Source: Planctomycetota bacterium (lineage in GTDB: Bacteria; Planctomycetota; UBA1135; UBA2386). From it: DNA of 64,000 nt. How positions within the stretch are numbered: position 1 is the stretch's first letter; each line of letters begins with the position of its first letter. The notes under the pieces are model-generated. The model was given only the letters and a program-made list of their open reading frames with translations, was not told the DNA's origin and ran no database searches. Below, one piece after another: positions 54,691 to 64,000 of the stretch. A program made the translations under genes and the position numbers. The DNA lies in NCBI GenBank assembly GCA_965228735.1, contig OZ245838.1, positions 1,792,001-1,856,000 of the forward strand, written 5' to 3'.

Positions 54691-55434
54691 TTACTCGCTC
54701 TCGGCCGGTTCTTTCGGGCCGTCCCCAGTAGCAGCCGGCCCAGTAGCAGTCGGGGCAGTGGCAGTCGTCGCGGCCGGGGTCGCCGCGCGGGGTTGGCGTT
54801 CGGCCGCGGCTGCGGCGCGGTCGTCACGCCACAGCACGAAGAACAGCACGATCGCGCCGACGGTGATGCACGAGTCGGCCACGTTGAACGCCGGGAAGCC
54901 ATACTCGACCGGCCAGCGGAACGTGAAGTACAGGAAGTCGCGGACCGCGCGGCTCTGGCAGAAGAAGTTGTCGTAGAGGTTGCCGACCGCGCCCGCGAAG
55001 ATCAGCGACAGGGTCACGAGCGTCACCTTGCGCGCCCGCCCTGTCCGGTAGACGAACACGAGCAGCCCGATCACCGCGGCACAGCGCAGGACCATGAGGA
55101 TCTCGGTGCCGTCCTGGAACAGGCCCCAGATCGTGCCCTCGTTGCGCCACTGCACGAGGTCGAAGTCGAGCGCCCACGTCGCGAACACCGCGTGGCTACG
55201 GTAGGCCTCGGCCTGGTCCGCGTACTCGGTCTCGAGGAACCCGAAGACCAGGCTCTTGCTGACGAGATCGAGCGCGACGAGCAGCGGCCACGGCAACCAG
55301 AAGCAGAGCTTCCCCCCGAAGCCGCGCTCGGGCGGGGCACCAGCGCCGGCTGTTCCGGCCGAGGATGACGCCGCCGCGGATGACGCAGCCGCGGATGACG
55401 CAGCCGGATCGGAGGACGCGGCCGGATCGCTCAC
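54691..55434 (-). CDS. lspA: Lipoprotein signal peptidase II
   Basis: DLVSK, NEGTIWG, GAVGNLYD, VRDFL, FNVADSCI. GTGA overlap with the dksA-like stop. Confidence 0.92.
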   Translation of the reverse strand: MSDPAASSDPAASSAAASSAAASSSAGTAGAGAPPERGFGGKLCFWLPWPLLVALDLVSKSLVFGFLETEYADQAEAYRSHAVFATWALDFDLVQWRNEGTIWGLFQDGTEILMVLRCAAVIGLLVFVYRTGRARKVTLVTLSLIFAGAVGNLYDNFFCQSRAVRDFLYFTFRWPVEYGFPAFNVADSCITVGAIVLFFVLWRDDRAAAAAERQPRAATPAATTATAPTATGPAATGDGPKEPAESE

Positions 55435-55904
55435 GCGATCTCGCGTCGGCGTTCCTCGGCTTCCTGGTGGCGCACGCAATAGCGCGCCCACGGCAGGTAC
55501 TCGAGTCGGGCCTTCGGGATCCAGGCCTCGGGCTTCTTGCTGGCCTTGGCCTTCTTCGCCTTCTTGGCGGCGCGCGCCTTGGGCACCTTGCGCTCCTTGG
55601 CCTCGGCGATCTCCTCCGCGCAGAGCGGGCACTCGCCGAACGGCCAGTCGCCGTTGCCGTCGATGCGATCGAGGGCCTCCTCGATCAGCTTGATCGTCTC
55701 TTCCTCGTTCTCGATGAGGCCGAGCATGAAGCCCTGGTCGTAGTTGTCGGTGCCCTGGTCGGCGAGGTGATCGACCGACGCGTCCTGCTCCGAGGCGCGC
55801 AACGCTTCGTCGCGCATCGAGCCGACGTCACCGCGCAGGCTTGCGAGCTGCGTCTCGAGGATCTTCTTGTACTTGGTGAGATCCGCCTTCGTGGGCTTCG
55901 CCAT
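55431..55904 (-). CDS. TraR/DksA-family zinc-finger protein
   Basis: Coiled coil with DHLADQG tip, IEEALDRI, GECPLC...IPKARL..LPWARYCVRH. Confidence 0.88.
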   Translation of the reverse strand: MAKPTKADLTKYKKILETQLASLRGDVGSMRDEALRASEQDASVDHLADQGTDNYDQGFMLGLIENEEETIKLIEEALDRIDGNGDWPFGECPLCAEEIAEAKERKVPKARAAKKAKKAKASKKPEAWIPKARLEYLPWARYCVRHQEAEERRREIA

Positions 55905-56033
55905 AAATCTCTGCTCTTTAGCTACTTCCGGCAGTGCCTACCCAGTTGCTGGTCGCGGATCGCCGCCTGTGCGGGACGCGCCCCTCCGCTTCGAACGGTG
56001 CGCATCGAGGCGATGCGGCCGAGCGGGGCGAGG

Positions 56034-56061
56034 ACAATACAACGCCCAGCGAAGGCGTCAA
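56034..56061 (-). promoter_or_regulatory. Putative sigma-70 promoter of the dksA-lspA-pyrD-RR-uORF-secA-waaA run
   Basis: TTGACG-N16-TATTGT on the minus strand. Confidence 0.55.
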
Positions 56062-56147
56062 GCGGTCTCGCGAGCCGGCGGGGACCATCGCACGGCGTTC
56101 TCGACTTCGCCCCTCCCACCGCCGGCGCCGAGCCCTAGAGTGGCGGG

Positions 56148-57053
56148 GTGAGCCCCCCCGCTGCCTCCCGCGACGATCGCGCGCTGGCCGACTTCCTGGT
56201 TTACCTGGGAGCGGAACTGCAGGTTTCGCCCCATACCGTCGCCGCCTACCGGCGCGACCTGAAACGCCTGCTCGACGACCGCGAGCCGAACGCCAATCGG
56301 CTTCCGGACCGCGACGCGATCGATCGGCACCTGTCGCGCCTGCTCGGCACGCATGCCCCCGCCTCGGTCGCGCGCGCCGCGGCCGCGATCCGCGGGTTCT
56401 ATCGCTTCTTGCACGCCGAAGGGCTCTGCAGTGAGGACGTCACGGACGGGCTGCTCGGCCCGGCGCTCGAACAGAAGCTGCCGAAGGCGCTCAGCCGGCG
56501 CGCCGTCGAACGCCTGCTCGATCACCGCCCCGAGGATCTGCTCGGCATCCGCGACCACGCGATCCTGCACGTGCTCTACGCGACCGGCTGTCGCGTGACC
56601 GAGATCGTGACGCTGCGGCCGAACAGCGTGATCGAGGACCACCGCCTGATCCGGGCGTTCGGCAAGGGCAACAAGGAACGGCTCGTGCCGATCTCGGACA
56701 CGGCGCTCTACTGGCTGCAGCGCTACCGCGACGAGGTCCGCCCCGAACTGCGCGCCCGGGCGAAGTCGGACCCGGGCGACGTGCTGTTCCTGTCGCGCAA
56801 CGGCCGGCCGCTCGACCGCGTGCGGATCTACCAGGTCACGAAGCGCGCGTGCGATCGCGCCGGCCTCGCGGTCGCGTGCTCCCCGCACGCCCTGCGCCAT
56901 TCGTTCGCCACCCACCTCGTCGCCGGCGGCGCCGACCTGCGCTCGGTGCAGGAGATGCTCGGGCACGCGTCACTGCAGACGACGCAGATCTACACCGCGG
57001 TGGACCACGAACGCCTGCGGCAGGTGCACAAGGACCTGCACCCGCGGGGTTAG
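56148..57053 (+). CDS. xerD: Tyrosine recombinase XerD
   Basis: SPHTVAAYRRDL, LYATGCRVTE, GKGNKERLVP, PHALRHSFATHL, QEMLGHA, TTQIY, HPR. Confidence 0.88.
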   Translation: MSPPAASRDDRALADFLVYLGAELQVSPHTVAAYRRDLKRLLDDREPNANRLPDRDAIDRHLSRLLGTHAPASVARAAAAIRGFYRFLHAEGLCSEDVTDGLLGPALEQKLPKALSRRAVERLLDHRPEDLLGIRDHAILHVLYATGCRVTEIVTLRPNSVIEDHRLIRAFGKGNKERLVPISDTALYWLQRYRDEVRPELRARAKSDPGDVLFLSRNGRPLDRVRIYQVTKRACDRAGLAVACSPHALRHSFATHLVAGGADLRSVQEMLGHASLQTTQIYTAVDHERLRQVHKDLHPRG

Positions 57054-57077
57054 CCGTGGACGAGGCCGGGCCGCCGC

Positions 57078-58694
57078 CTACTCCGGCGGCTGCCAGCGAT
57101 ACACGTAGATCGACTCGTCGCGCTGCGGGCCGGCGCAGGCCAGCACGTCCGTGAGCTGGAATCGGTTCGCCAGCAGGGCCGCCGCGGGATCGGTTGCCGC
57201 GCGCGTCGCGATCCGGGCGTGTTCGTCGCGCAACAGCAGCACGAACAGTTCGTGCGGTCGCTCACCCCCGGTCAGCCACGCGGCCTCGGCCGCTGTCACC
57301 TGCGCGCCCAGCGTGTCGGCCGCGGCCGCGGGGTCGAGTCGTTCGACGACGATCCCGGGATGCGGGTCGCGGCGCCGACCGCGCCATTCATCGGGTCGCA
57401 GGTAGTAGACCAGGCTGTCGCGGCCCGCGCCCGCGAGCACCGTGAACCACGGCTCACTGGTGCGCTCGACGACGAGGTCACGCGCGCCGCGCCAGTCGGG
57501 CCTGCTGCCGCGCTGCGCCGTCGCGTAGAGGAACGTCGAGACGAGCAGTTCACCGGCGATCAGCAGGATCACCAGCCCCGGGATCGCCAACCTCGTGATC
57601 GACAGCGAACCCAGGAACCGACCCAACCGGGAGCCCCGTGACCCCGAACCGGGCGACCACAGGCGGTCCCAGAACTGCAGACCGACCGCGGCCGCGACGA
57701 TCGCGGCGATCGGCAACAGCAGCAGCGCATGTTCGCGGCACGGGGTGACCGCGACCGCTCCGAGCAGCGCCGGCGCACCGAGCGCCGCGGCGCTCGCGAC
57801 GAGCAGGTGCCGCACGACGCCGGCGTCGACGCCCACGCCAGCGATCGAGCCAGCCGGCGGCCACGGCAGCCGACTCGCGAGCACGACGGCGAGCGCGACG
57901 GGCAATCCGAGCGCCGCGACCTGCTCGACGAGCACCGGGCCGAGCGCCACCACGTCGCCGTTCTCCGCGGGACCGGCGAACCACCGGACCGCGAAGGTGA
58001 CCACGATCACGCCGAGCGCCATCGCGCCGGCGAACACGCGGCCCTGGACGCGTCCGATCCCACCGCGCCGCAGGACGAGCCCGAACCCGAGGACCGCCAC
58101 CGCGAGCCAGCCGAGCGGGTGGCACCAGCCCGCGACGACGAGCGCACCGGCGCCGAAGCCGTTGAGCCAACGCGCGTCGTCGATCTGGTAGCGCGCCGCC
58201 GCGATGCTGGCGACGCCGAGCATCGCGAACGTCATCGCCGGGCCGTGGCCGGACGCGGTCTGGCTCACCTCGATGTGCCACGGGTGGACCGCGAGGATCG
58301 CCGCGGCGAGCAGGCCGATTCGCCGCGCGGCGAACACGTCGACCGCCAGCGCGAGCAGGGGCACGGTCAACGTCGAGAGGAACAGGAACGGCAGCCGCAG
58401 CCAGCCCTCGCCGTGCATCGGCAGCACGCCGCCGTCGAACAGCACGCGCAGCAGGACCGCGAGCAGGGACCAGCGGCTGGCGCCGGCCGCCTCACCGACC
58501 GCCGTCGCGTCGCGCCACATCGCCGCCTCGGCTGCGGACACGGACCAGACCTCGACGCGCCACAAGCGCAGCGCCACAGCACCGATCGTCACGAGCAGCA
58601 GGATCGCGAGCTCGCCCCGCGTCCAGCCGAGCACCCCGGTTGCCGACGCGGTGCCAGCGCGTGCGGCGTCGGCGCTCGTGTCGGTCCTGACCAT
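57078..58694 (-). CDS. Polytopic membrane protein, GT-C (ArnT/PMT-like) fold candidate
   Basis: LRLW after TM1, WLRLP, AVHPWHIEVSQ, about eleven TM segments, PDWR and YY in the C-terminal domain. Confidence 0.65.
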   Translation of the reverse strand: MVRTDTSADAARAGTASATGVLGWTRGELAILLLVTIGAVALRLWRVEVWSVSAAEAAMWRDATAVGEAAGASRWSLLAVLLRVLFDGGVLPMHGEGWLRLPFLFLSTLTVPLLALAVDVFAARRIGLLAAAILAVHPWHIEVSQTASGHGPAMTFAMLGVASIAAARYQIDDARWLNGFGAGALVVAGWCHPLGWLAVAVLGFGLVLRRGGIGRVQGRVFAGAMALGVIVVTFAVRWFAGPAENGDVVALGPVLVEQVAALGLPVALAVVLASRLPWPPAGSIAGVGVDAGVVRHLLVASAAALGAPALLGAVAVTPCREHALLLLPIAAIVAAAVGLQFWDRLWSPGSGSRGSRLGRFLGSLSITRLAIPGLVILLIAGELLVSTFLYATAQRGSRPDWRGARDLVVERTSEPWFTVLAGAGRDSLVYYLRPDEWRGRRRDPHPGIVVERLDPAAAADTLGAQVTAAEAAWLTGGERPHELFVLLLRDEHARIATRAATDPAAALLANRFQLTDVLACAGPQRDESIYVYRWQPPE

Positions 58695-58754
58695 CGCGCG
58701 CAACATAGTGGAACCGGACTTGTTGCGACACGGATGAACCGGCATCGTGGCGCC

Positions 58755-61439
58755 GTGAGTCCGAGCGCCGGGTCACCTACGCGCCGTCAGCGCCTGCAGG
58801 CGCTGGCGCTCGCCGCATTGTGCGCCGTGCTGTTCCTGCGCGATGCGCTCGTGCCCGGCACGGCGCTCGTGCCGTTCCCACCGGAGCGGTTCGAGGTGCA
58901 GCGCGCCGAGGCCCGCGCGGCCGGCACGTTCGACCCGGAGGACGCGCAGCGCGGCAACGCGAGCGGCGGTGACAAGTACATGCAGTCGCTCGCGTGGGAC
59001 CGGATCATGGCGGATCGGTTCCGGGCGTTGGACTTCCCGCTGTGGACCCGCGACATCGCGGCGGGCGCGCCGTTCGTGCCGCAGATGGCGCAGGTCTACG
59101 AACCGGTGAACCTGCTGCTCTTCGTGCTGCCGAGCGTCGAGTGGTACGGCGTGTGGTTCTTCCTGCACCAGGTGCTGTTCGGGTTCTTCTGCTACCTGTT
59201 CCTGCGGCGGCTCGGCGTGTCGCATCTCGCCGGTCTGTTGAGCGTCGTCGCGGCCTGTCTCGGGCTGTGGACGCAGTGCAAGATCCACCACAATGTCATC
59301 CTCACGGCGGCGCTGCCGCTCTGGCCGATGCTGAGCTGCGTGTGGGATCTGGCTGATCGGGGTCGGGCTGATCGGGGTTGGGCCCAGGCTCCACCGGGCG
59401 AGGACGCCCGCCGCCGCCGCCGAACGATCGCGGCGCTCGCGCTCTGGACCGGCATCTCGTGGCTGTCGGGTTTCGCCGTCGTGAGCCTGCAGGTCAGCTA
59501 CCTCGTCGTCCTGTTCACCGGTCTGCTCGCGCTGCGCGCGCCGCGCGGCGAACGGTTCCGGCTGCTGCTCGCGGTCGGCATCGGCATGGGCCTCGGCGGG
59601 CTGCTGTCGTGCGCCCACATGATCCCGGTGCTGCAGGCATCCGCGATCTCCTCCCGCGACGGCGGCTGGAACCCCGAGTTCCTCCGCGCGCACGGCCTCG
59701 AGTGGGATCACGCGCTCACGCTCTGGTGGCCCGACCTGCTGACCTGGGCGAGCGATCGGTTCTATCCGAATCCGAAGAACGAGCTCGGCGACCTCACCCG
59801 CATGCCGTGGTCGCAGCTCGTGCTGCTGCACGCCCCGCGCAGCCCCGTCACGGGCGGCTGGTTCCAGAGCTGGGTCGAGACGGCGTTCGCGGTCGGCACC
59901 GTGCCGCTCGCCTGCGTCGCGACCGCGCTGCTCGACCGCGGCCGGCGGGCGTTCGTGGTCTTTTTCGCGACTGTTGGCGCGCTGGCCTTCGGGTTCGCGC
60001 TCGCGGACGAACCGCTGCTGTCGGTCACGCGCTTCGTGCCGGGCATCGGCGCCGCCGACCTGCGCCGGCTGCTGTTCCTCACCGCGATGGCGCTCGTCGT
60101 GCTCACCGGCATCGGGGCGGACGTCCTGCTGCGGGGTGCCGCGCGCTGGCCCGCGTTCGTCGTGCTCGGCATCGGCGTGATCGGCGCCGTCGTCGCGATG
60201 CTGACGCTGCACACGGGTGACGACACCGCGTTCGCGCGCGCCATCGCCGACCTCATCGCCGCCGACGCCGACCACCCCGAAGTCGCGGGCGGCGACGCGG
60301 CGATCATCGCGAGCGCGATGCAGAGCGCCGCGGCACCCGGCGAACTCGCGAACAACCGCGCCGCACTGTTCGCCACCTGGCTCCGCGCGCTGCTCGTCGG
60401 CGGCCTCGGCATCACCGCCATCGCGTTGCTGCGGCGGTTCGCCACGCCGGTCATGCTCGGCCTCGTCGCGCTCACCGCGATCGAACTCGTCCAGACCGGC
60501 CTCGGGCCGGTGCAGACCGTGCCGGCCGAGCGCGTGACGACGCCACCGAAAGCCGTGGCTCCGGTGCTCGCGGCCACGCGCGCGAACTCGATCGACGGCG
60601 GCGGCAACGGCGTGCGGCCGCGCTTCGCATGCCTCGCCGGCGAACGGTCCCGCCAGATCCTGTCGTGGTATCCGGCCAACCTGCCGGGCTGCCACGGCAT
60701 CGAGGACGCCACGGGCTACAACCCGCTCCCGGCCCGCCGCTTCGAGGACTTCTTCACGGCCATCGAGCCGAACGCGCAGAACAAGGCCGACGTCGCGTTC
60801 GGCGGCGCGGGTGTCGGCGCGTTCCACGCCGAGGCGTCGCTGCATCACCCGCTGAGCGACCTGTTCGGCATCCGCTACGTGCTGACGAAGCAGGACGTGG
60901 CTGCGAGCGCGACGTTGCGCGATGTCACGCCGGCGGGCACCGGCCCGCATCATCGCCTGCTCGAGCGCACGACGACGCTGCCGCGCGCGACGCTCGTGCG
61001 GCAGGTCGACGTGCTGCCGGACCGCGACGAACGCCTCGCCGCCCTGACGCGCGCGGACCGTGACGTGCGGAACCGCATCGTGCTCGAGGATCCCGACGCG
61101 AAGATCCCGCCCCCGACCCCACCGGGCACGGGCCCCGACGTCGTCACGATCGTCCGGCACGAGGACGAACGCGTCGTCGTCCGCGTGACGGCGAGCGCGC
61201 CGGCCTATCTGCGCCTCGCCGACCCGTACGATCCGGGCTGGCGCGCGACGGTCGACGGCGCCGACACGCCCGTGCTGCCGGCCGATCATTACCTGCGCGC
61301 CGTCTGGGTCCCGGAAGGCGAGCACGAGGTAGTCTTCTCCTTTGATGGAATGCGCGTCCGCTGGCCGCGCTGGTTGAGTCTCACTGCCCTGCTGGCGATC
61401 GTCGCGCTCCTCGTCCGACCGCGCCTTTCGCGCGCATGA
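58755..61439 (+). CDS. YfhO-family membrane protein
   Basis: PLWT..IAAGAPF, many TM segments, GYNP, FGIRYVL, LPRA, YDPGWRATVDG, GEHEVVFSF. Start GTG 58755 or ATG 58734. Confidence 0.8.
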   Translation: MSPSAGSPTRRQRLQALALAALCAVLFLRDALVPGTALVPFPPERFEVQRAEARAAGTFDPEDAQRGNASGGDKYMQSLAWDRIMADRFRALDFPLWTRDIAAGAPFVPQMAQVYEPVNLLLFVLPSVEWYGVWFFLHQVLFGFFCYLFLRRLGVSHLAGLLSVVAACLGLWTQCKIHHNVILTAALPLWPMLSCVWDLADRGRADRGWAQAPPGEDARRRRRTIAALALWTGISWLSGFAVVSLQVSYLVVLFTGLLALRAPRGERFRLLLAVGIGMGLGGLLSCAHMIPVLQASAISSRDGGWNPEFLRAHGLEWDHALTLWWPDLLTWASDRFYPNPKNELGDLTRMPWSQLVLLHAPRSPVTGGWFQSWVETAFAVGTVPLACVATALLDRGRRAFVVFFATVGALAFGFALADEPLLSVTRFVPGIGAADLRRLLFLTAMALVVLTGIGADVLLRGAARWPAFVVLGIGVIGAVVAMLTLHTGDDTAFARAIADLIAADADHPEVAGGDAAIIASAMQSAAAPGELANNRAALFATWLRALLVGGLGITAIALLRRFATPVMLGLVALTAIELVQTGLGPVQTVPAERVTTPPKAVAPVLAATRANSIDGGGNGVRPRFACLAGERSRQILSWYPANLPGCHGIEDATGYNPLPARRFEDFFTAIEPNAQNKADVAFGGAGVGAFHAEASLHHPLSDLFGIRYVLTKQDVAASATLRDVTPAGTGPHHRLLERTTTLPRATLVRQVDVLPDRDERLAALTRADRDVRNRIVLEDPDAKIPPPTPPGTGPDVVTIVRHEDERVVVRVTASAPAYLRLADPYDPGWRATVDGADTPVLPADHYLRAVWVPEGEHEVVFSFDGMRVRWPRWLSLTALLAIVALLVRPRLSRA

Positions 61440-64000
61440 ACGACACGCTGAAGAACTGGCTGCTGTACGGCGCGCTCGCGCTGCTGCCCGTCGTGTGGCT
61501 CTGGCCCGCGGCGTTCGCCGGCAACACGTTCGTGCCGTTCGACCCGGCGCGGTTCCCGCCCGTGTCGATGACGCTGAGTGCCGACGAGCTCGCCGCGGTG
61601 CACGAAGGCGCCAACCTCGACGTGACCGAGGTCTGGCCGTGGTTCCTCCCCGAAACCGAGCTCGTCGCCGAACGCACCGGGCCGTGGCAGATCTCCACGT
61701 GGAACCCGCACGCGCGATCCGGCGCACCGATCCAGGAGCACGGCCTCGACGCGCTGCTCTACCCGCCGCAACGCGCCGCCCTGTTCGTCGACGAACCGCG
61801 TGACCTGCTCGTGTGGCAATGCTGGCTGAGCCTCGCGCTCGCCGGCGTCTTCCTCGCCGGCCTGCTGCGCGAGGTCAAGCTCCCGCACATGGCGGCGTTC
61901 TTCGGCGCCGCGTCGTTCGAACTCTCGACCACGCTTGCCGTCAACTCGTTCTTCTGGATGCGGCTCGCGGCGCTGATCTGGCTGCCGGCGATCCTCTGGG
62001 CGCTCATGCGCCTCTCGCACGGCAAGCGCTATCGCGCCGGTCCCCTGATCGCGACCGCGGTCGCCGTCGCGATGCCGTGGCTCGCGGGCTTTCCGCCGTA
62101 CGCGGTCGCCGGGCTGTTCGTCGCCGGCTTGCTGGCCGCGATGCTCGTGCTCGAACGCTTCGCGCGCGACGGCATCTACGCCGGCCGCGCGCTCGCGCTG
62201 CGCTTCGCGGTCGCCGTCTTTCTCGGACTGCTGCTCGCAGCACCACAGCTGCTGCCGTCGTTCTGGTTGTTCACGTTCGAGTCGGCGCGCTCGGCCAACC
62301 CGGGCATCGAAGTGCTGCACGCGACGCGGTTCGACACCTACGGTCTGCTCGGCTACCTCATGCCCGACGCGTTCGGCCACCCGATCGACGGGCGACAGGT
62401 GCCGTATGCCCAGACGCCGCTCCCGTACCTGTGGATGGATCGCTACGGCGGCGACGGCCGGCTCGCGCCGTCGAACTACAACTACACCGAGTACTCGGTG
62501 TTCTTCGGCACACTCGGGGTCCTGCTCGCCGGCTACGGCGCGGTGCGCGGCCGCCAGCATCGCCGCTGGTGGCTCCTGCTCGTGCTCGGCGCGCTGTTCG
62601 GGCTCGCGCTCTTCCTGCCGGTCGTGCGCTGGCTGTTCTACCTGCCGTTCTTCAAGAGCGTGTTCGCGATGCGCTGGCTCGCGGTCGCGACGCCGCTGCT
62701 GTGCTGGCTCGCCGCGATCGGCTACGACCGCCTGGCGCTCGTCGAACGACGCAGCGTCGTCCGCCTCGCGCTCGTCGCGTTCGGGCTCGCGGTTCTCGCG
62801 TTCTGGCTGCCGGGCCTGCCGGCCGCGTGGCACGCGGACGACCCGAACTGGCTGGCGCAGTCGATCGCGGACCGCTACGGCATTCCGGTCGAGGGTGCGG
62901 CCGGGCACCTGCTCGCCGGCAGCCAGGGCGCCGACTGGTTCGCCATCGCGCTCGCACGCTTCGCCACGGCCGGCACGACCGCCGGCTGGTGGCTGCTGCT
63001 CGCGGGCGGCCTGCTGCTCGGCTACGCGCTCGTGCGTTCCGACCGCCAGCGCGAATGGCTGCGGCTCCTGCTGCCGCTCGCCGCGATCGTGCAACTCGGC
63101 CTGCAAGGTGGCGCGCTCGTGCCCGGGCAGCGGCTCGCGCACGACACCGAGACCGCGGTCCACGCGTTCCTGCGTGAACGCGCTGACGCCGACACGGCGG
63201 AAGGCGGCGGTGGCTTCATGATCGCGCGCGGCAGCCCGGTCGCGACGCTGCCGATCCAGCTGCCGCCGGGCCAGCTCATGCACCGCGGTATCCGTGACCT
63301 GCAGTTCTACAGCCACGGCGACAAGCGCTGGATCGAGGCGCTGCGCCAAGCGCTGGGCCTGCCGGCGACGAAGTCCGGCAAGAGCTACTTCGATCTCACG
63401 CTGACCCCGGAGCAACTCGCGCATCCGCTGTTCGATCTGTTCGGCGTGCGCTACGTGCTCGCGACGGTAGCGATGCCGGGGCTCGGCGACCCGGTCGGCC
63501 CCGAGTTCGTCGGCGCGCGCGGCGGTCGGTTCCTCGTCTACGAACGCACTTCGGCGCTGCCGCGCGCGTTCACCGTCGGTGAGGTCATCGACTGCGGCAG
63601 CGACGACGCCGTCCTCGAGCGCATGGTGAGCGGGTCGACCGACTGGCCCCGGCAGGCGCTCGTCGCCGCCGCCCCCGCGAGCAGTGCCACCACAACGGAT
63701 CCCGCCGGCGACCGAATCGTGCGCTTCGTGACCGACGATCCGACGACGATCGAACTCGAGATCGAGGCCGGCGGTGACCGTTGGCTCGTGCTCACGGATA
63801 CGTGGTTTCCCGGATGGAGCGTCACGGTCGACGGTGCCGCCGCTGCCATCGAACGTTGCAACCACTGCCAGCGTCTCGTGCGCCTGCCCGCGTCGGCCTG
63901 CCGCGTACGCTTCGACTACACGACCAACCTCCTCACGCCGGCGCTGCTGTTGCATATCGCCGCACTGCTTGTACTCGTCGTGATCTTCGTCCGGAGTCGG
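61436..64000 (+). CDS. YfhO-family membrane protein (paralogue, 3' end truncated by window)
   Basis: ATGA overlap, WNPHARSGAP, FGVRYVL, LPRAF, WFPGWSVTVDG. Open to the window end. Confidence 0.8.
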   Translation, partial: MNDTLKNWLLYGALALLPVVWLWPAAFAGNTFVPFDPARFPPVSMTLSADELAAVHEGANLDVTEVWPWFLPETELVAERTGPWQISTWNPHARSGAPIQEHGLDALLYPPQRAALFVDEPRDLLVWQCWLSLALAGVFLAGLLREVKLPHMAAFFGAASFELSTTLAVNSFFWMRLAALIWLPAILWALMRLSHGKRYRAGPLIATAVAVAMPWLAGFPPYAVAGLFVAGLLAAMLVLERFARDGIYAGRALALRFAVAVFLGLLLAAPQLLPSFWLFTFESARSANPGIEVLHATRFDTYGLLGYLMPDAFGHPIDGRQVPYAQTPLPYLWMDRYGGDGRLAPSNYNYTEYSVFFGTLGVLLAGYGAVRGRQHRRWWLLLVLGALFGLALFLPVVRWLFYLPFFKSVFAMRWLAVATPLLCWLAAIGYDRLALVERRSVVRLALVAFGLAVLAFWLPGLPAAWHADDPNWLAQSIADRYGIPVEGAAGHLLAGSQGADWFAIALARFATAGTTAGWWLLLAGGLLLGYALVRSDRQREWLRLLLPLAAIVQLGLQGGALVPGQRLAHDTETAVHAFLRERADADTAEGGGGFMIARGSPVATLPIQLPPGQLMHRGIRDLQFYSHGDKRWIEALRQALGLPATKSGKSYFDLTLTPEQLAHPLFDLFGVRYVLATVAMPGLGDPVGPEFVGARGGRFLVYERTSALPRAFTVGEVIDCGSDDAVLERMVSGSTDWPRQALVAAAPASSATTTDPAGDRIVRFVTDDPTTIELEIEAGGDRWLVLTDTWFPGWSVTVDGAAAAIERCNHCQRLVRLPASACRVRFDYTTNLLTPALLLHIAALLVLVVIFVRSR

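Noticed and set aside
56148..57053. Prophage or island integrase
   Set aside because: Typical chromosomal XerD size and motifs. No tRNA, att repeats, phage genes or composition shift.
61289..63955. 888-aa minus-strand ORF
   Set aside because: Shadow of the plus-strand YfhO-like gene, which is missing from the ORF track only because it runs off the window.

Overview
High-GC (roughly 70% by eye) chromosomal core and envelope region with about 50 CDS and no recognisable rRNA, tRNA, CRISPR array or transposase. The gene content points to a Planctomycetota-like bacterium (inference): groEL-groES-groEL-dnaJ-grpE-FmdB, an EF-P with a PGN loop, dksA-lspA, and NPCBM and DUF1573-like exported proteins. 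Housekeeping genes are groESL, dnaJ, grpE, trkA, a trpG/pabA-type subunit, lpxB, a ubiD-family gene, efp, larC, fbp, kynA, waaA, secA, pyrD, lspA, a dksA-like gene and xerD. They are interspersed with tandem paralogues of exported proteins and several GT-C/YfhO-type membrane glycosyltransferases. The best candidate for an undescribed system is a 96-codon ORF directly upstream of secA. It has an N-terminal signal peptide and a C-terminal GLPAPRAPT motif and is followed by a structured leader, suggesting a SecM-like secretion-monitor arrest peptide with a non-canonical RAP/T motif. Other highlights are a GCS2-CBS ligase plus M14 deacylase pair, a shared C-terminal domain with covarying Cys in two choice-of-anchor-B proteins, sigma-54-type promoters (one in front of groEL), a 55-bp REP-like array and recurrent 15-bp in-frame micro-duplications. 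All calls were made by eye without database searches, and several start codons are uncertain.
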